Below, piece by piece: positions 38,754 through 49,680 of a stretch of DNA of 64,000 bases (positions are counted from its first letter, which is position 1; each line of letters opens with the position of its first letter). Both the position numbers and the translations under genes were made by a program. The notes under the pieces are model-generated. The model was given only the letters and a program-made list of their open reading frames with translations, was not told the origin of the DNA and did not search any database. Location of the stretch: positions 62,001-126,000 of the IMG/VR virus record IMGVR_UViG_3300042673_001922. One strand, written 5' to 3'. Source of the stretch: an uncultured virus (IMG/VR IMGVR_UViG_3300042673_001922) (Duplodnaviria > Heunggongvirae > Uroviricota > Caudoviricetes).

Positions 38754-41132
38754 ATGCGTATAAAACCACGTCGTGGATCTTGGATTCTAGCTGTACTTTT
38801 TGCGTTCGTATTTGCATTTCCATCTTCTTCAAAAGCAACTTCAGAGCCGGGACTTCAAGTAACTATTTATGATAACTATGGTTATAACGGGTCTCCGCCA
38901 CTGCCATCCGTATCCGGCAGACCAGTTCAGTGTACTACAACATACTTAAATATTGACCAAGACTTTGGCAATAGCATTTGTGGACTTTATAACGACTACA
39001 TAGTCAAATACGAAGGATACATTACCTCACCCACAACGGAAACAATTACTTTTTATCCAAGCGCTGATGATGGCACAAAGCTTTACATTGATGATGTTCT
39101 AGTTGATAATAACTGGATAGACAAGGGTGGCGGAGGAAATCCCAGTACACCAATTGATTTTATTGCTGGCGTACCAAAACCAATCACTTTATGGTTTTAT
39201 GAAAATGGCGGAGGAAACTGGGTTAAACTTGCATGGAACCAAGGTGGAGGCTACTCGACTGTTCCTGCAGAAGCATTCACTCAGAACAATGAGTCTCAAT
39301 ACACAACCACAACAACTGCTGCTCCATATTTAAATTCCGTTACAAACCTTGTAGCAACAGCCAACGCAGACGGAAGTGTTGACCTTGACTGGGATGCGCC
39401 AACATCAAGTAATGTTGACATCTACGCTTATGGTGTCACGTTTTACGGACTTGACGAAATTGGCGGAACTACGTCAGGTGGCTGGGGAGTTTGGACCAAC
39501 CAAGGAACCACCTACTCACTTGCTGAATACATGTTCTCCGGAACTACCGGGTTTGGACCTGTTCGTTTTGGCATTAAAGCAGGAAATGAAAGCTGCTTCT
39601 CCTCCGACGGTGTAGGTCCATGTATCTATGGGCCTGAAACAAATGTTGATGTAATAGTTATTGACCCAACTCCACCACCAACAACCACAACAACCGAACC
39701 AACAACCACAACAACCGAACCACCAACAACTACAACAACTGAACCAGAATTAGTTCTTCCTCCTGTTGAAACACTTCCAACAGAAAATACCACTGTATTA
39801 ATTCCTGATTTAGATCTGAGTCCAGTTTCAACACCTGAACCAGAAAATACCACTGTTTCAATTCCTGAACTAGATCCAACTCCAGTTTCTGTTCCAGAAA
39901 TAGATACAAGTGCAGTAACAGTTCCAGAGCCAGAAGATTTACCAAATGAAACAATTCCAGAAGTAAGTATTCCAGAAGAGGCGCAAAATACAGCAGAGGA
40001 AACAGTTACTGATATATTTAACAATACAGACAATGCAGATGAACTTGGGGCTGCGGTAACTAACGCCATAGGTAATGCTGACTCTCCTGAAGAAATTGCA
40101 GCACTAGTTACATCTCTTTTTGATGGACCAATGAATGATGAAGAGTTTACTGCTGTTGTTAACTCTGTGTTTGCAGACGATCTTTCAACTGAAGAGTTGA
40201 GTGCAGTTTTAGATGCAGTATTTTCTGAGCCATTGTCTGATGAAAAGTTTGCTGAGGTAATTGATGCAGTTTTGGACTCACCTCTTACTGATGAGCAGTT
40301 TGAGGAACTGGTTGGAGTCTTGGAATCAGACACTATTACACAAGACCAGGTTTCGGATGCTGTTGACAATATCTTAGAAAATGGCGTCACCGAAGATCAA
40401 GCTACTGAACTTGCTACTAGCGAAAAGGTCTTGGAAAGCATTGATGGGGACCAGGCATCTGAGATCTTTGTTGAGATTCCTGTAGGTGAATTAACTCAAG
40501 AAGAAGAATCAGCCCTTGTTGAGGCTGTGACAAACGCCCCAGAAGAAGTAAAGAACGCTTTTGAGGAGACGATTAATGTGTATGGAGAGGGCTTAGATGA
40601 CTATGTACCAGTGGGTTCCAGTGTAGACGTAGGCTCTCGTAGAACTCTATTGGCTGCTACTGCAGTTCTATCAGCAGCTACTGTCGGAGTTGCTGGGTCA
40701 GCTGGTCCATCAGGCGGTTCAGGAGGAGGGTCTGGAGGGGGTTCTAAGGGCCCTAGCGGAGGTTCAGGTAGTTCCGGTGGAGGCCCAGGTGACGGAGGGA
40801 ATTTAAATAGCCGAAGGGAAGATGAAAATCCAGATGGCGAAGATGAAGAACAAGACACTGAAATAGAAGGCCCGGAAGGGGACGAAGAAGAAAATAATTT
40901 TACTAGAAATAGTATATTTAAATATCAGGAGGGAACAATGATAAAGAAATTTAGCCCTTGGGGCTTTATTAAAAAGTTTTCGAAAGAGACAGCAGCTCTT
41001 GCGTTTACGATATCTGGAAGCGTAGTAGTTTTTGCTACTTTATCTGGTGAAACTAGAAAAATAACTATTATAGCAACAGGGTGTGCATTTTTAGTCCACT
41101 ATATAAATGCAATGTTAAAAAAGGATGAATAA
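38754..41132 (+). CDS. large membrane-anchored surface protein: signal peptide, PA14 domain, FN3-like domain, Thr/Pro/Glu linker, acidic repeats, C-terminal TMs
   Basis: ADDGTKLYIDD...WFYENGGG (PA14); PTTTTTEP repeats; hydrophobic C-terminus. Confidence 0.75.
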   Translation: MRIKPRRGSWILAVLFAFVFAFPSSSKATSEPGLQVTIYDNYGYNGSPPLPSVSGRPVQCTTTYLNIDQDFGNSICGLYNDYIVKYEGYITSPTTETITFYPSADDGTKLYIDDVLVDNNWIDKGGGGNPSTPIDFIAGVPKPITLWFYENGGGNWVKLAWNQGGGYSTVPAEAFTQNNESQYTTTTTAAPYLNSVTNLVATANADGSVDLDWDAPTSSNVDIYAYGVTFYGLDEIGGTTSGGWGVWTNQGTTYSLAEYMFSGTTGFGPVRFGIKAGNESCFSSDGVGPCIYGPETNVDVIVIDPTPPPTTTTTEPTTTTTEPPTTTTTEPELVLPPVETLPTENTTVLIPDLDLSPVSTPEPENTTVSIPELDPTPVSVPEIDTSAVTVPEPEDLPNETIPEVSIPEEAQNTAEETVTDIFNNTDNADELGAAVTNAIGNADSPEEIAALVTSLFDGPMNDEEFTAVVNSVFADDLSTEELSAVLDAVFSEPLSDEKFAEVIDAVLDSPLTDEQFEELVGVLESDTITQDQVSDAVDNILENGVTEDQATELATSEKVLESIDGDQASEIFVEIPVGELTQEEESALVEAVTNAPEEVKNAFEETINVYGEGLDDYVPVGSSVDVGSRRTLLAATAVLSAATVGVAGSAGPSGGSGGGSGGGSKGPSGGSGSSGGGPGDGGNLNSRREDENPDGEDEEQDTEIEGPEGDEEENNFTRNSIFKYQEGTMIKKFSPWGFIKKFSKETAALAFTISGSVVVFATLSGETRKITIIATGCAFLVHYINAMLKKDE

Positions 41133-41141
41133 GGAGAATGT

Positions 41142-42525
41142 ATGAAAAATTTTGGTAAGTTACTAATTGCTATTGGATTTATAATGGTTGTTAGTTCAGT
41201 GCCTTTTGGTTCCGGCACGGCGACTCAATACTTAATATCTAGCCAACAAGCTAAAGCAACCACACGGTGGTGGTCCAATTGTTCTTGATGGAATGGATCC
41301 AGTTTGCCACTCAGGCGGAGAAGGAACTTGGGGATATATAGCTCAAGTTCTTAAGAAAACACACACTGGCGCTACCAATATTAATAACGGAAGCATTGCG
41401 ATCCTTGGGGCAAATGACGTCTCTAACTCTTGTGGTGGAAATTGGAACACACTTCTAACTACAAAGTACTTAGGTCAGTTTACTACTGCGCCAACAGTTA
41501 ATTTTTATAATACATCTACCCAGGTCACAAACTTTTTTACAAATATAAATACCCTAAAGCCAGCTGTTATATGGATACCAGATAACTGGAGCAGATCTTC
41601 TGCAGTTGAGGCTTTGTTTACGTCAAATGCTGAGGTCATTGCTGACTTCGTAAACTCTGGTGGAGGTTTATTTGCTAACATGGGTTCATATGGCTGGTTG
41701 ACTTCACTGCTTCCTGGGGCAGTCTACAATAATGGTGGCTGTAATGGAGGACCAGATGCTACGGCAGATGGAACCGCAGACTTTGGGCTAACAAATACAA
41801 TGGTTGCAGCCTGTTGGCATGGCTACTTTACTGGAAATGTTGGAACACTAAAAACATTAGTTAACTATCCATTTCCGTCCGTTTCAAGTCCTAGGGTAGC
41901 TGTATCTGTTGGTGGTGGAGCAGTATCGCTTCCAAGCTCATTTACTCTTGCAATAAACCCTGCAACACCAAGGGCAGGAGAAGATCTGATAATAACTGCG
42001 ACAGCTCAAACTCTTGCTGGAGTTCCACAATCTGGAGTTACCGTAACTGTAACTGTTAGTGCTGGACCAGATGCTGGTCAAACATTTACGGCTACCACTA
42101 ATTCATCAGGTATTGCCACAATAACTATTAGAACAAATGCTACTGGCACTGCGACTTACACAGCAACAGCTACTGTAAATGGTGTGGCTAAGACAGTTTC
42201 TTCTACAGTTACCTGGAACCCACCCACTACGACCATAGCTGCTCCTACGACCTCTACAACGGAGCCTCCTGCTACTACCACTACAGAGCCAGCTCCAACC
42301 ACTACGCAGGCTTCAGTGACAACTGTTGAGCAAACTACCACAACAGCTCAACAAGCATTTGTTCCACCGATGGAAACAACAACTACCATTCATGACCATT
42401 CAAGTCATGACCATGGGCCAAAGCTTCCAGAAACTGGATCTGGACCATACTTTACTTTAATTTTAGGGTTTGGTTTAATTTGTTTTGGTTATCTAATAAT
42501 TCAAAGGAAAAAGTATCTAAGGTAA
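41142..42525 (+). CDS. secreted LPxTG-anchored protein with Ig-like (Big-1) domain; needs +1 shift at CGGT 41265-41268
   Basis: AAGGAG RBS and signal peptide at 41142; ...AKATT|GGGPIVLDGMDPVCH...; C-terminal LPETG + TM + RKK tail. Confidence 0.8.
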
Positions 42526-42543
42526 TTACTATAGGAGGGTGAA

Positions 42544-42786
42544 ATGAAAACACTAAATAATATTTTAATGAGAATTGTTGCTACCTTTGCTGCATCTGGC
42601 CTTGGAGTCATAGGAGCGGGTGCCATAGCTGGAGTTGAGTTATGGAAAGCTTGCTTTATGGCTGGCATGGCTGGAGTTGCAACTGTAGTAGAAGGTCTTT
42701 CTCGTGCATTTTTAGACGATGGAAAACTTTCGAGTACAGAAATCAACGAAGTATTTAATAAGGTGGACAAAAAAGCTGCCAAATAA
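42544..42786 (+). CDS. holin-like small membrane protein
   Basis: Two hydrophobic helices, basic C-terminus, GGAGG RBS. Confidence 0.55.
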   Translation: MKTLNNILMRIVATFAASGLGVIGAGAIAGVELWKACFMAGMAGVATVVEGLSRAFLDDGKLSSTEINEVFNKVDKKAAK

Positions 42787-42802
42787 AACATAAGGATTTT
42801 TA

Positions 42803-45580
42803 ATGCCACTTCCCGTAGAGCCTAATATATCTCAAGGTCAAATAGCTTTAGACCCAGTTAATGGAATAGTCTGGTATGTTGACTCAGAAGGAAATAAAGT
42901 ATCCACAGCTTGGTCTTGGTTAAAGCCTGACTTAGATGAAGTGGAAACAGAAGATAATGTAACTATTACTGGCAATCTAACAGTGCAAGGAACTACTGTT
43001 ACGGTTGATGCAGAGACAGTTATCATACAAGATAATTTTATTTTAGTTAACTCAACAAATGGTTCTGCCACTTCTACGACCGCCGGTATAGAAGTAGAAA
43101 GAGGGGCATTAAATAATGTTCAACTAAGGTGGAATGAGTCAACCGATAAGTGGCAGTTTACTAATGATGGAATTACATTCTTAGATTTAAATTCTATAGT
43201 AGAAGACTCGGTAACACTTGGTCTGCATACCATAGGTGATTATATAACCAATCTTACTGCCGGTACTGGAGTTACTCTTTCTAATAATTCTGGACAAGGC
43301 GCTACGCCAACAATTTCTATTGGTCAAGATGTAGCTGCTTCTGCTACTCCAACATTTGCTGGCGTAACAGCACCTCTGACTGGAAACGTAACCGGAAATT
43401 TAACAGGTAATGTTACCGGTAACGTGACTGGAAATGTCACAGGAACTGTGTCTGACATCTCCAACCATGGAATAAATGCTCTTTCTGATGTGACCATAAC
43501 ATCATCGGCAGATGGCGATTTTTTAAGATGGACAGGTTCTGCATGGGTTAATGACGCTGTAAACTTGACGTCTGACACGGTTGGAGATTATGTTAAGAGC
43601 CTAGTCCAAGGTAACGGTCTTACTATCTCTAACAATTCTGGAGAAGGTGCTACTCCAGGTATTGCAATTGACACGTCAATAGTTCAAACTCGTGTTGCCA
43701 ATGTTACAGACACCGAAATTGGATATTTGGATGGCGTAACTTCTGCAATCCAAACACAGTTAGACACTAAAGCCCCTACTGCTTCACCTACCTTTACTGG
43801 AACAGTTACAGTTCCCACACCAATAAGTAACACTGATGCTTCAACAAAAGCTTATGTTGATTCGTCTGTCTCGACCACTGCAAGCAATGCCGCCACAGCG
43901 CTTACTAACCACGAGTCAGATACAACAAATATCCACGGGATTGTTGATACCTCAATTTTGGTTACAACAACAGGAACGCAGACACTTACGAATAAAACAA
44001 TTACTTCACCTTTGGGTTTAGTAAAAGGTGATATTGGACTAGGTAACGTAGATAATACTTCGGATGCCAATAAGCCAGTCTCAACTGCACAGCAAACGGC
44101 ATTAGACCTAAAAGCTAACAGTGCGACACCTACATTTACTGGAATGGTTACCGCACCATACTTAACGGTTAGTGGTGTACAGATAGATGCTAGTGGTCCA
44201 GCTGATACAAACGTTCTTAAATACAATGCTTCTTTAAATAAGTATATACCAGGAGTAGCATCAACCGTAGCTTCTCTAGATGACTTAACTGACGTAATCA
44301 TAACAAGCGCAACCCCAAATCAAGTATTAAAATATGATGGAACAAATTGGGTAAATGCAATAAGTCCAAGTTCCGTTGAAGGCACAACATATTTTGCAAC
44401 AATAGGGAATAATACGGACAGTACGTTTGTGCTTAATCATAATTTAACCACAAGAGATATAGTGGTCAACTTTACGGAAACATCATCTCCGTATTCAAGC
44501 TTTGCAACTTTATGGGAAGCCACTACTTTAAATTCTATTACAGTATATTTTGAAACACCTCCATCTTCTAATAGCATAAGAGTTGGCATCTATGCTGCGG
44601 TTTCCGGAGTAGCTTTAAGTACAGATTTAGACTCTTTAAATGATGTTACTCTAAGTGGTTTAGCTAATGGTGATTTTTTAAGATATGATGGGTCCAACTG
44701 GATTAACGATCCAGTTAATCTATCAACGGATACTGTTGGTGATTATGTCAGCAGCTTGGTGCAGGGCACTGGAATAACAATAACTAATAACTCTGGGGAA
44801 GGTGCAACTCCTACAATATCAGTAGCATCCAACACGTATCAACCATTAGACGCTGACTTGACGGCAATTGCAGCATTAGCTGGAACTTCCGGCAATTTAA
44901 TTAAAACCGCAGCTGACACTTGGGCATTGGATACTAATACTTATATTACTTCTTTAGCATTGGACCAATTGACCGACGTTAATGCAGCAACTCCGTTCAA
45001 TGATCAAGTTTTAGCGTGGCAAAGCTCTACTTCTGAATGGGTAAACAAAACTTTTAGTGCCTCAGTTGCAACTTTAGATTCAGTGGGAGACGTGAGTGCC
45101 GCAACACCATCAAGTGGCGAGACACTTCAATGGAATGGATCAGCTTGGGTCAGCTCAACTATTGTTAACGCCAACGTAAATGCTAGCGCAGCAATCACTT
45201 ATTCTAAACTATCCTTAAACAATAGCATTGAATCTACCGACCTTAAAGATGGTCCAGCTAAAGCCGGCTTTAGATCAACCTTAAATGCGCAAACTGGTAC
45301 TACCTATACATTGCAGCTAACAGATTTAGCAAAATTAGTTACATTGGATAATGCTGCATCTATTACCTTAACGGTCCCTCTCGAATCATCAGTTGCTTTT
45401 GCTATTGGAGATAGGATCGACTTACTTCAAAAGGGAACTGGTCAAGTTACTGTTGCAGGTGCTGGTGGAGTTACTGTTAACTCTACACCAGGACTTAAGC
45501 TGCGTGCAAGATGGTCTTCTGCAACTTTGATCAAGTTAGATACAAATACCTGGGTTTTGATAGGTGACCTACAAGCTTAA
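42803..45580 (+). CDS. tail fiber protein
   Basis: GNLTVQG, AGIEVERG, GNVT repeats, GLGNVDNTSD, LDDLTDV repeats, terminal NAQTGTTYTL...WVLIGDL. Confidence 0.85.
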   Translation: MPLPVEPNISQGQIALDPVNGIVWYVDSEGNKVSTAWSWLKPDLDEVETEDNVTITGNLTVQGTTVTVDAETVIIQDNFILVNSTNGSATSTTAGIEVERGALNNVQLRWNESTDKWQFTNDGITFLDLNSIVEDSVTLGLHTIGDYITNLTAGTGVTLSNNSGQGATPTISIGQDVAASATPTFAGVTAPLTGNVTGNLTGNVTGNVTGNVTGTVSDISNHGINALSDVTITSSADGDFLRWTGSAWVNDAVNLTSDTVGDYVKSLVQGNGLTISNNSGEGATPGIAIDTSIVQTRVANVTDTEIGYLDGVTSAIQTQLDTKAPTASPTFTGTVTVPTPISNTDASTKAYVDSSVSTTASNAATALTNHESDTTNIHGIVDTSILVTTTGTQTLTNKTITSPLGLVKGDIGLGNVDNTSDANKPVSTAQQTALDLKANSATPTFTGMVTAPYLTVSGVQIDASGPADTNVLKYNASLNKYIPGVASTVASLDDLTDVIITSATPNQVLKYDGTNWVNAISPSSVEGTTYFATIGNNTDSTFVLNHNLTTRDIVVNFTETSSPYSSFATLWEATTLNSITVYFETPPSSNSIRVGIYAAVSGVALSTDLDSLNDVTLSGLANGDFLRYDGSNWINDPVNLSTDTVGDYVSSLVQGTGITITNNSGEGATPTISVASNTYQPLDADLTAIAALAGTSGNLIKTAADTWALDTNTYITSLALDQLTDVNAATPFNDQVLAWQSSTSEWVNKTFSASVATLDSVGDVSAATPSSGETLQWNGSAWVSSTIVNANVNASAAITYSKLSLNNSIESTDLKDGPAKAGFRSTLNAQTGTTYTLQLTDLAKLVTLDNAASITLTVPLESSVAFAIGDRIDLLQKGTGQVTVAGAGGVTVNSTPGLKLRARWSSATLIKLDTNTWVLIGDLQA

Positions 45581-45581
45581 T

Positions 45582-46190
45582 CTATTTAAACTTTGGTCCT
45601 TCAACCCAAATTACAATAGACTTTCTTACTCCAGATAGAACTGGCTTTACTCCATGCAGCATGAATGATGGAAATAATATCATCTGTCCCTTTTTTAAAG
45701 CATGCAGTGATGGGTTTCCGCTGAGGTGAATAAAAAATTCGCCACCTATAAAATCTTTTTCTGGCTCATTTAGAAGTAAACTTAAAGAGAGTTTTCTAGT
45801 ATCAATCATATAGCCCGGCTTATCTTTGCCAAAAATTAAATCAGTGTGAGCATCATACTTCCCGTTTTCTGATCCTTCGTATTCGGCATATTGAAAAAAT
45901 GAATATCCATATAAATCAAAATTATAAAATGCTTTATTAGCATGATCTAATGCTTGATTTATTCTGTCGATAAACCATGTATTTTCCTGGTCTACATCAT
46001 TGAAACAATTATTAGACACCCTAGCAAATGAGTCACTACCTACAGTAGAAGCTTTATTTAGTTTCTTTGAGGAACAATATTCTTCTATCTTTTTTAGCTC
46101 TTCGTTTGTAAAGCATTCATCTATGAAGACCCATGGTTCGGTTATCTTTGAGTATGAGCGTGGATTATTGGAAATTGCTGACATAATCAC
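45582..46190 (-). CDS. 2OG-Fe(II) oxygenase (prolyl hydroxylase-like)
   Basis: YDAHTD, RKLSLSLLLN, GGEF, FPSFMLHGVKPV..GVRKSIVIW. Confidence 0.9.
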   Translation of the reverse strand: MIMSAISNNPRSYSKITEPWVFIDECFTNEELKKIEEYCSSKKLNKASTVGSDSFARVSNNCFNDVDQENTWFIDRINQALDHANKAFYNFDLYGYSFFQYAEYEGSENGKYDAHTDLIFGKDKPGYMIDTRKLSLSLLLNEPEKDFIGGEFFIHLSGNPSLHALKKGQMILFPSFMLHGVKPVLSGVRKSIVIWVEGPKFK

Positions 46191-46288
46191 ATTTTATCAT
46201 AACCAAGATTCGTTTGATAGCCATAAGTATTAATTACTATAATAGATATCTAGTTAATCTTGAGGGGTTAACTTTAATTTAGAAAGGT

Positions 46289-46666
46289 TTGGTTGAGGCC
46301 ATGCCCAATTTTTACAATAGGCTTAAAGCTATAAAATTTAGTACAGCATCTGATACTGCTGTAGAAATAGGACCATCTTCTAGTGCCACTCCAAACTTTG
46401 CCATCGATGCAGGTGGTAAGTTAAAATGGAGTTCTGGCTCAGCGGTTGCCGATGCAAACCTTTACCGCACTTCTGCAGGCACTTTAAAAACAGATGGAAG
46501 CCTAGAAATCCTAGTAGGATTAACGGCAGCAACACCAAATTTTACTGGGCCAACTTCAATTACAGGAAGTTTAACATTAAATGGAACTAATGTCCCAACT
46601 ACATTTGTTTCTACAGCAACACCATCAGGAGGTAGTGATGGTGACACTTGGATGGTCTATTCTTAA
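46289..46666 (+). CDS. tail-associated protein
   Basis: DANLYRTSAGTLKT, PSGGSDGDTW motifs typical of fiber-associated proteins. Confidence 0.6.
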   Translation: MVEAMPNFYNRLKAIKFSTASDTAVEIGPSSSATPNFAIDAGGKLKWSSGSAVADANLYRTSAGTLKTDGSLEILVGLTAATPNFTGPTSITGSLTLNGTNVPTTFVSTATPSGGSDGDTWMVYS

Positions 46667-49047
46667 TGTCTCAATACATTAAAGCTAGCGGAGTTTGGAG
46701 TACAGCAAAACCTTACGTTAAAGTTGGGGGGATTTGGAAATTTCCTGACTACATATATAATAAAGTTGCTGGTCGTTGGTACACATCTTTTATTAAGGGT
46801 GGCCTTGTTGATCGTTCTTGGGATGATAGGGATGAAACAGGAGAATTTGGTATAGGAACAGCAGGTTACCTTATGTCTATAGTTATTCAATCCGATGGAA
46901 AAATATTAGTCGGAGGAGCCTTTACAAACTGGAATGGCGTATCACACAACCGTCTCGTTCGTCTTAATTCAGATGGGACAAGAGACACAACTTTTATGAC
47001 AAATATTGGAACAGCAGCAAACCAACCTGTTAACAGCATTGCTGTCCAAACCGACGGTAAGATTCTTGTTGGTGGCGAATTTACAACCTGGAATGGTACA
47101 ACAGTTAACCGAATTGTGCGTTTAAATTCTGATGGAACCAGAGACACATCGTTTACAACAAATACGGGTACAGCAGCAAATAATAATATATATTCAATAG
47201 CTGTTCAATCTGATGGAAAGATTTTAATTGGAGGAGCCTTTACAACCTGGAATGGTACAACAGTTAACCGAATTGTACGTTTAAACTCTGACGGAACAAG
47301 AGACACATCGTTTACAACTAATACGGGTACTGGGGCAAATTCAAACATATTATCCATAGCTGTTCAATCTGATGGTAAGATTTTAATTGGAGGAGCCTTT
47401 ACAACCTTTAACGGTGTAACTGTTAACCGAATTGTGCGTTTAAATTCTGATGGAACTGCGGACGCTAGCTTTGCAGATAATACAGGTAATGGGGCAAATG
47501 GTCAAATATATTCAATAGCTGTTCAGTCCAATGGTAAGATTTTAATTGGTGGGACTTTTACAACCTTTAATAGCGCAACTGTTAATCGTATTGTACGTTT
47601 AGATTCTGATGGAAATGCGGACGCTACCTTTTCAAATATTGGAACAGCAGCAAATAATTATATATATTCAATAGCTGTTCAGTCCGACGGAAAAATATTA
47701 ATTGGTGGGACTTTTACCGATTGGGATGGTGTAACTGTTAACCGAATTGTACGTTTAGATTCTGATGGAACTAGAGACACATCTTTCTCAACAAATACTG
47801 GTACAGCAGCAAATAATTATATATATTCAATAGCTGTTCAGTCCGACGGTAAAATTGTTATTGGAGGAAACTTTACAGCTTTTAGTGGTGTAGGACATAA
47901 TCGTATTATTCGCTTAAATTCTGATGGAAGTCCCCCACCGCTTAATTCATTTGCTAGTGGTCCAGTAAGCTCTATAGCTATTCAGTCTGATGGAAAAATA
48001 TTAGTAGGTGGCGAATTCAAAGATTGGAACGGTGTAGAAGTTAACCGTATCGTTCGCTTAAACTCAGACGGGACAGTAGATACAGCTTTTTCAGCAAATA
48101 TTGGAACAGCAGCAAATGATTATATATATTCAATAGCTGTTCAGTCCGACGGAAAAATATTAATTGGAGGTTGGTTTACAGAGTGGAATGGCGCACCGTT
48201 AAACCGTATCGTTCGCTTAAACTCAGACGGCACAGACGACACTACCTTTTCAACAAATATTGGAACAGCAGCAAATTCATTTATACAGTCCATAGCTGTT
48301 CAATCTGATGGTAAGATTTTAATTGGTGGGTTTTTTTCTAGCTGGAATGGCGTATCACATAGTCGTATCGTTCGTCTTAATTCAAATGGAACAAGAGACA
48401 CTACCTTTTCAACAAATATTGGAACAGCAGCAAATGATCAGATATTCTCTGTAGCTGTTCAGTCCGACGGTAAAATTGTTATTGGAGGTTGGTTTCCTAG
48501 CTGGAATGGTACGACCGTTCAACGTATTGTTCGCTTAAACTCAGATGGAACTAGGGACACTGCCTTCACAGTAAATACAGGTACTGGTTTTAGCGACAAT
48601 GTACAATCAGTAGCAATCCAAACAGATGGTAAGATTGTAATAGTAGGTCAGTTTGGATTCTTTAATGGTGTAACCGCTAACTTTATTGTTCGTCTAAATT
48701 CAGACGGAACTAGGGACACAACCTTCACAACGAATACGGGTACTGGAGCTAATAATTATATATATTCAATAGCTTTTCAGTCCAATGGTAAGATATTAGT
48801 CGGAGGAGCCTTTACAACCTTTAATGGCGTAACTGTTAATCGTATACTACGCCTAAATTCTGATGGAACCAGAGACGCAGCTTTTACAACAAATATTGGT
48901 AACAATATTATATCTGAAGGTGGAATTTTATCTATAGCTATTCAAACTGATAATAAAATCTTAGTAGGTGGGTCATTTAGATCATTTAGGGCATTAGATC
49001 AATGTAGTAGAAATTTTGTTCGCATAGGAGGAGAAGACGCATCATGA
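46648..49047 (+). CDS. delta-60-repeat beta-propeller protein (14 repeats)
   Basis: 14 copies of SIAVQSDGKILIGGxFTxxNGxxVNRIVRLNSDGTRDTxF; true start probably ATG 46666. Confidence 0.85.
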   Translation: MDGLFLMSQYIKASGVWSTAKPYVKVGGIWKFPDYIYNKVAGRWYTSFIKGGLVDRSWDDRDETGEFGIGTAGYLMSIVIQSDGKILVGGAFTNWNGVSHNRLVRLNSDGTRDTTFMTNIGTAANQPVNSIAVQTDGKILVGGEFTTWNGTTVNRIVRLNSDGTRDTSFTTNTGTAANNNIYSIAVQSDGKILIGGAFTTWNGTTVNRIVRLNSDGTRDTSFTTNTGTGANSNILSIAVQSDGKILIGGAFTTFNGVTVNRIVRLNSDGTADASFADNTGNGANGQIYSIAVQSNGKILIGGTFTTFNSATVNRIVRLDSDGNADATFSNIGTAANNYIYSIAVQSDGKILIGGTFTDWDGVTVNRIVRLDSDGTRDTSFSTNTGTAANNYIYSIAVQSDGKIVIGGNFTAFSGVGHNRIIRLNSDGSPPPLNSFASGPVSSIAIQSDGKILVGGEFKDWNGVEVNRIVRLNSDGTVDTAFSANIGTAANDYIYSIAVQSDGKILIGGWFTEWNGAPLNRIVRLNSDGTDDTTFSTNIGTAANSFIQSIAVQSDGKILIGGFFSSWNGVSHSRIVRLNSNGTRDTTFSTNIGTAANDQIFSVAVQSDGKIVIGGWFPSWNGTTVQRIVRLNSDGTRDTAFTVNTGTGFSDNVQSVAIQTDGKIVIVGQFGFFNGVTANFIVRLNSDGTRDTTFTTNTGTGANNYIYSIAFQSNGKILVGGAFTTFNGVTVNRILRLNSDGTRDAAFTTNIGNNIISEGGILSIAIQTDNKILVGGSFRSFRALDQCSRNFVRIGGEDAS

Positions 49048-49211
49048 TTAATTATGAGCCTATAACAAAAGAAGAATTTATAGAACAAAATCCTTTTGGA
49101 ACAATTTCCAAACAAAATGATGATGGTTCTACAACCCTTTTAACTCAAGAAGAATACGATAATTGGGTAGAATATTCTAAAGGAATCTGGGAAGACCCAA
49201 AAGATTCTTAA
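49044..49211 (+). CDS. small hypothetical protein (55 aa)
   Basis: AGGAGG RBS, ATGA overlap; MINYEPITKEEF... Confidence 0.6.
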   Translation: MINYEPITKEEFIEQNPFGTISKQNDDGSTTLLTQEEYDNWVEYSKGIWEDPKDS

Positions 49212-49230
49212 TATTTAAAAACTTATCTTA

Positions 49231-49407
49231 TTAATGATCCGTTTTATAAAAACCAGATCCTACAAATTGTATACCTGGCGCAGAATAATCTCTTTTTAAT
49301 TGAGATCCACATTCCGGACAACAAGTAATTATTTGATCCTCTGTCATCTTACGTGATTCAGAACAAGTATGATCATTATCAATGCATATATAATTATAAG
49401 TTGGCAT
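49231..49407 (-). CDS. FmdB-family zinc-ribbon protein
   Basis: MPTYNYIC...CPECG...FVGSGFYKTD. Confidence 0.85.
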   Translation of the reverse strand: MPTYNYICIDNDHTCSESRKMTEDQIITCCPECGSQLKRDYSAPGIQFVGSGFYKTDH

Positions 49408-49411
49408 AATA

Positions 49412-49678
49412 TTATTCCACTTCAATAAAGATGCATTCACCTGGGCATTCTTCGGCAGCTTCTATAACATCTTGCAATAAAGATTCTGGTACAGTAGCCA
49501 TTCCTTGTGCCATTTGATAGACAGGTCCTTCGCCTTTTCCAGTTGGCCCCATAAGATTAGGCCAATCAACTTCTTTTACATATGCCAAGCCATCATTGTG
49601 CATTTCAAAAACTGCTGGTGCAATTTCAGCACAGAGGCCATCGCCAGTACAAAGATCTTGATCGATCCAAACCTTCAT
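49412..49678 (-). CDS. ferredoxin (single-cluster, actinobacterial type)
   Basis: IDQDLCTGDGLCAEIAPAVF...AAEECPGECI. Confidence 0.9.
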   Translation of the reverse strand: MKVWIDQDLCTGDGLCAEIAPAVFEMHNDGLAYVKEVDWPNLMGPTGKGEGPVYQMAQGMATVPESLLQDVIEAAEECPGECIFIEVE

Positions 49679-49680
49679 GT

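Noticed and set aside
39626..40390. 254-aa minus-strand ORF (and similar ones at 43852-44301, 40601-40858, 11602-11922)
   Set aside because: Antisense shadows of low-complexity or well-supported plus-strand genes.
46860..48990. CRISPR array or DGR template in the repetitive region
   Set aside because: The repeats are in-frame coding units of about 54 codons with no spacers, and no reverse transcriptase is present in the window.
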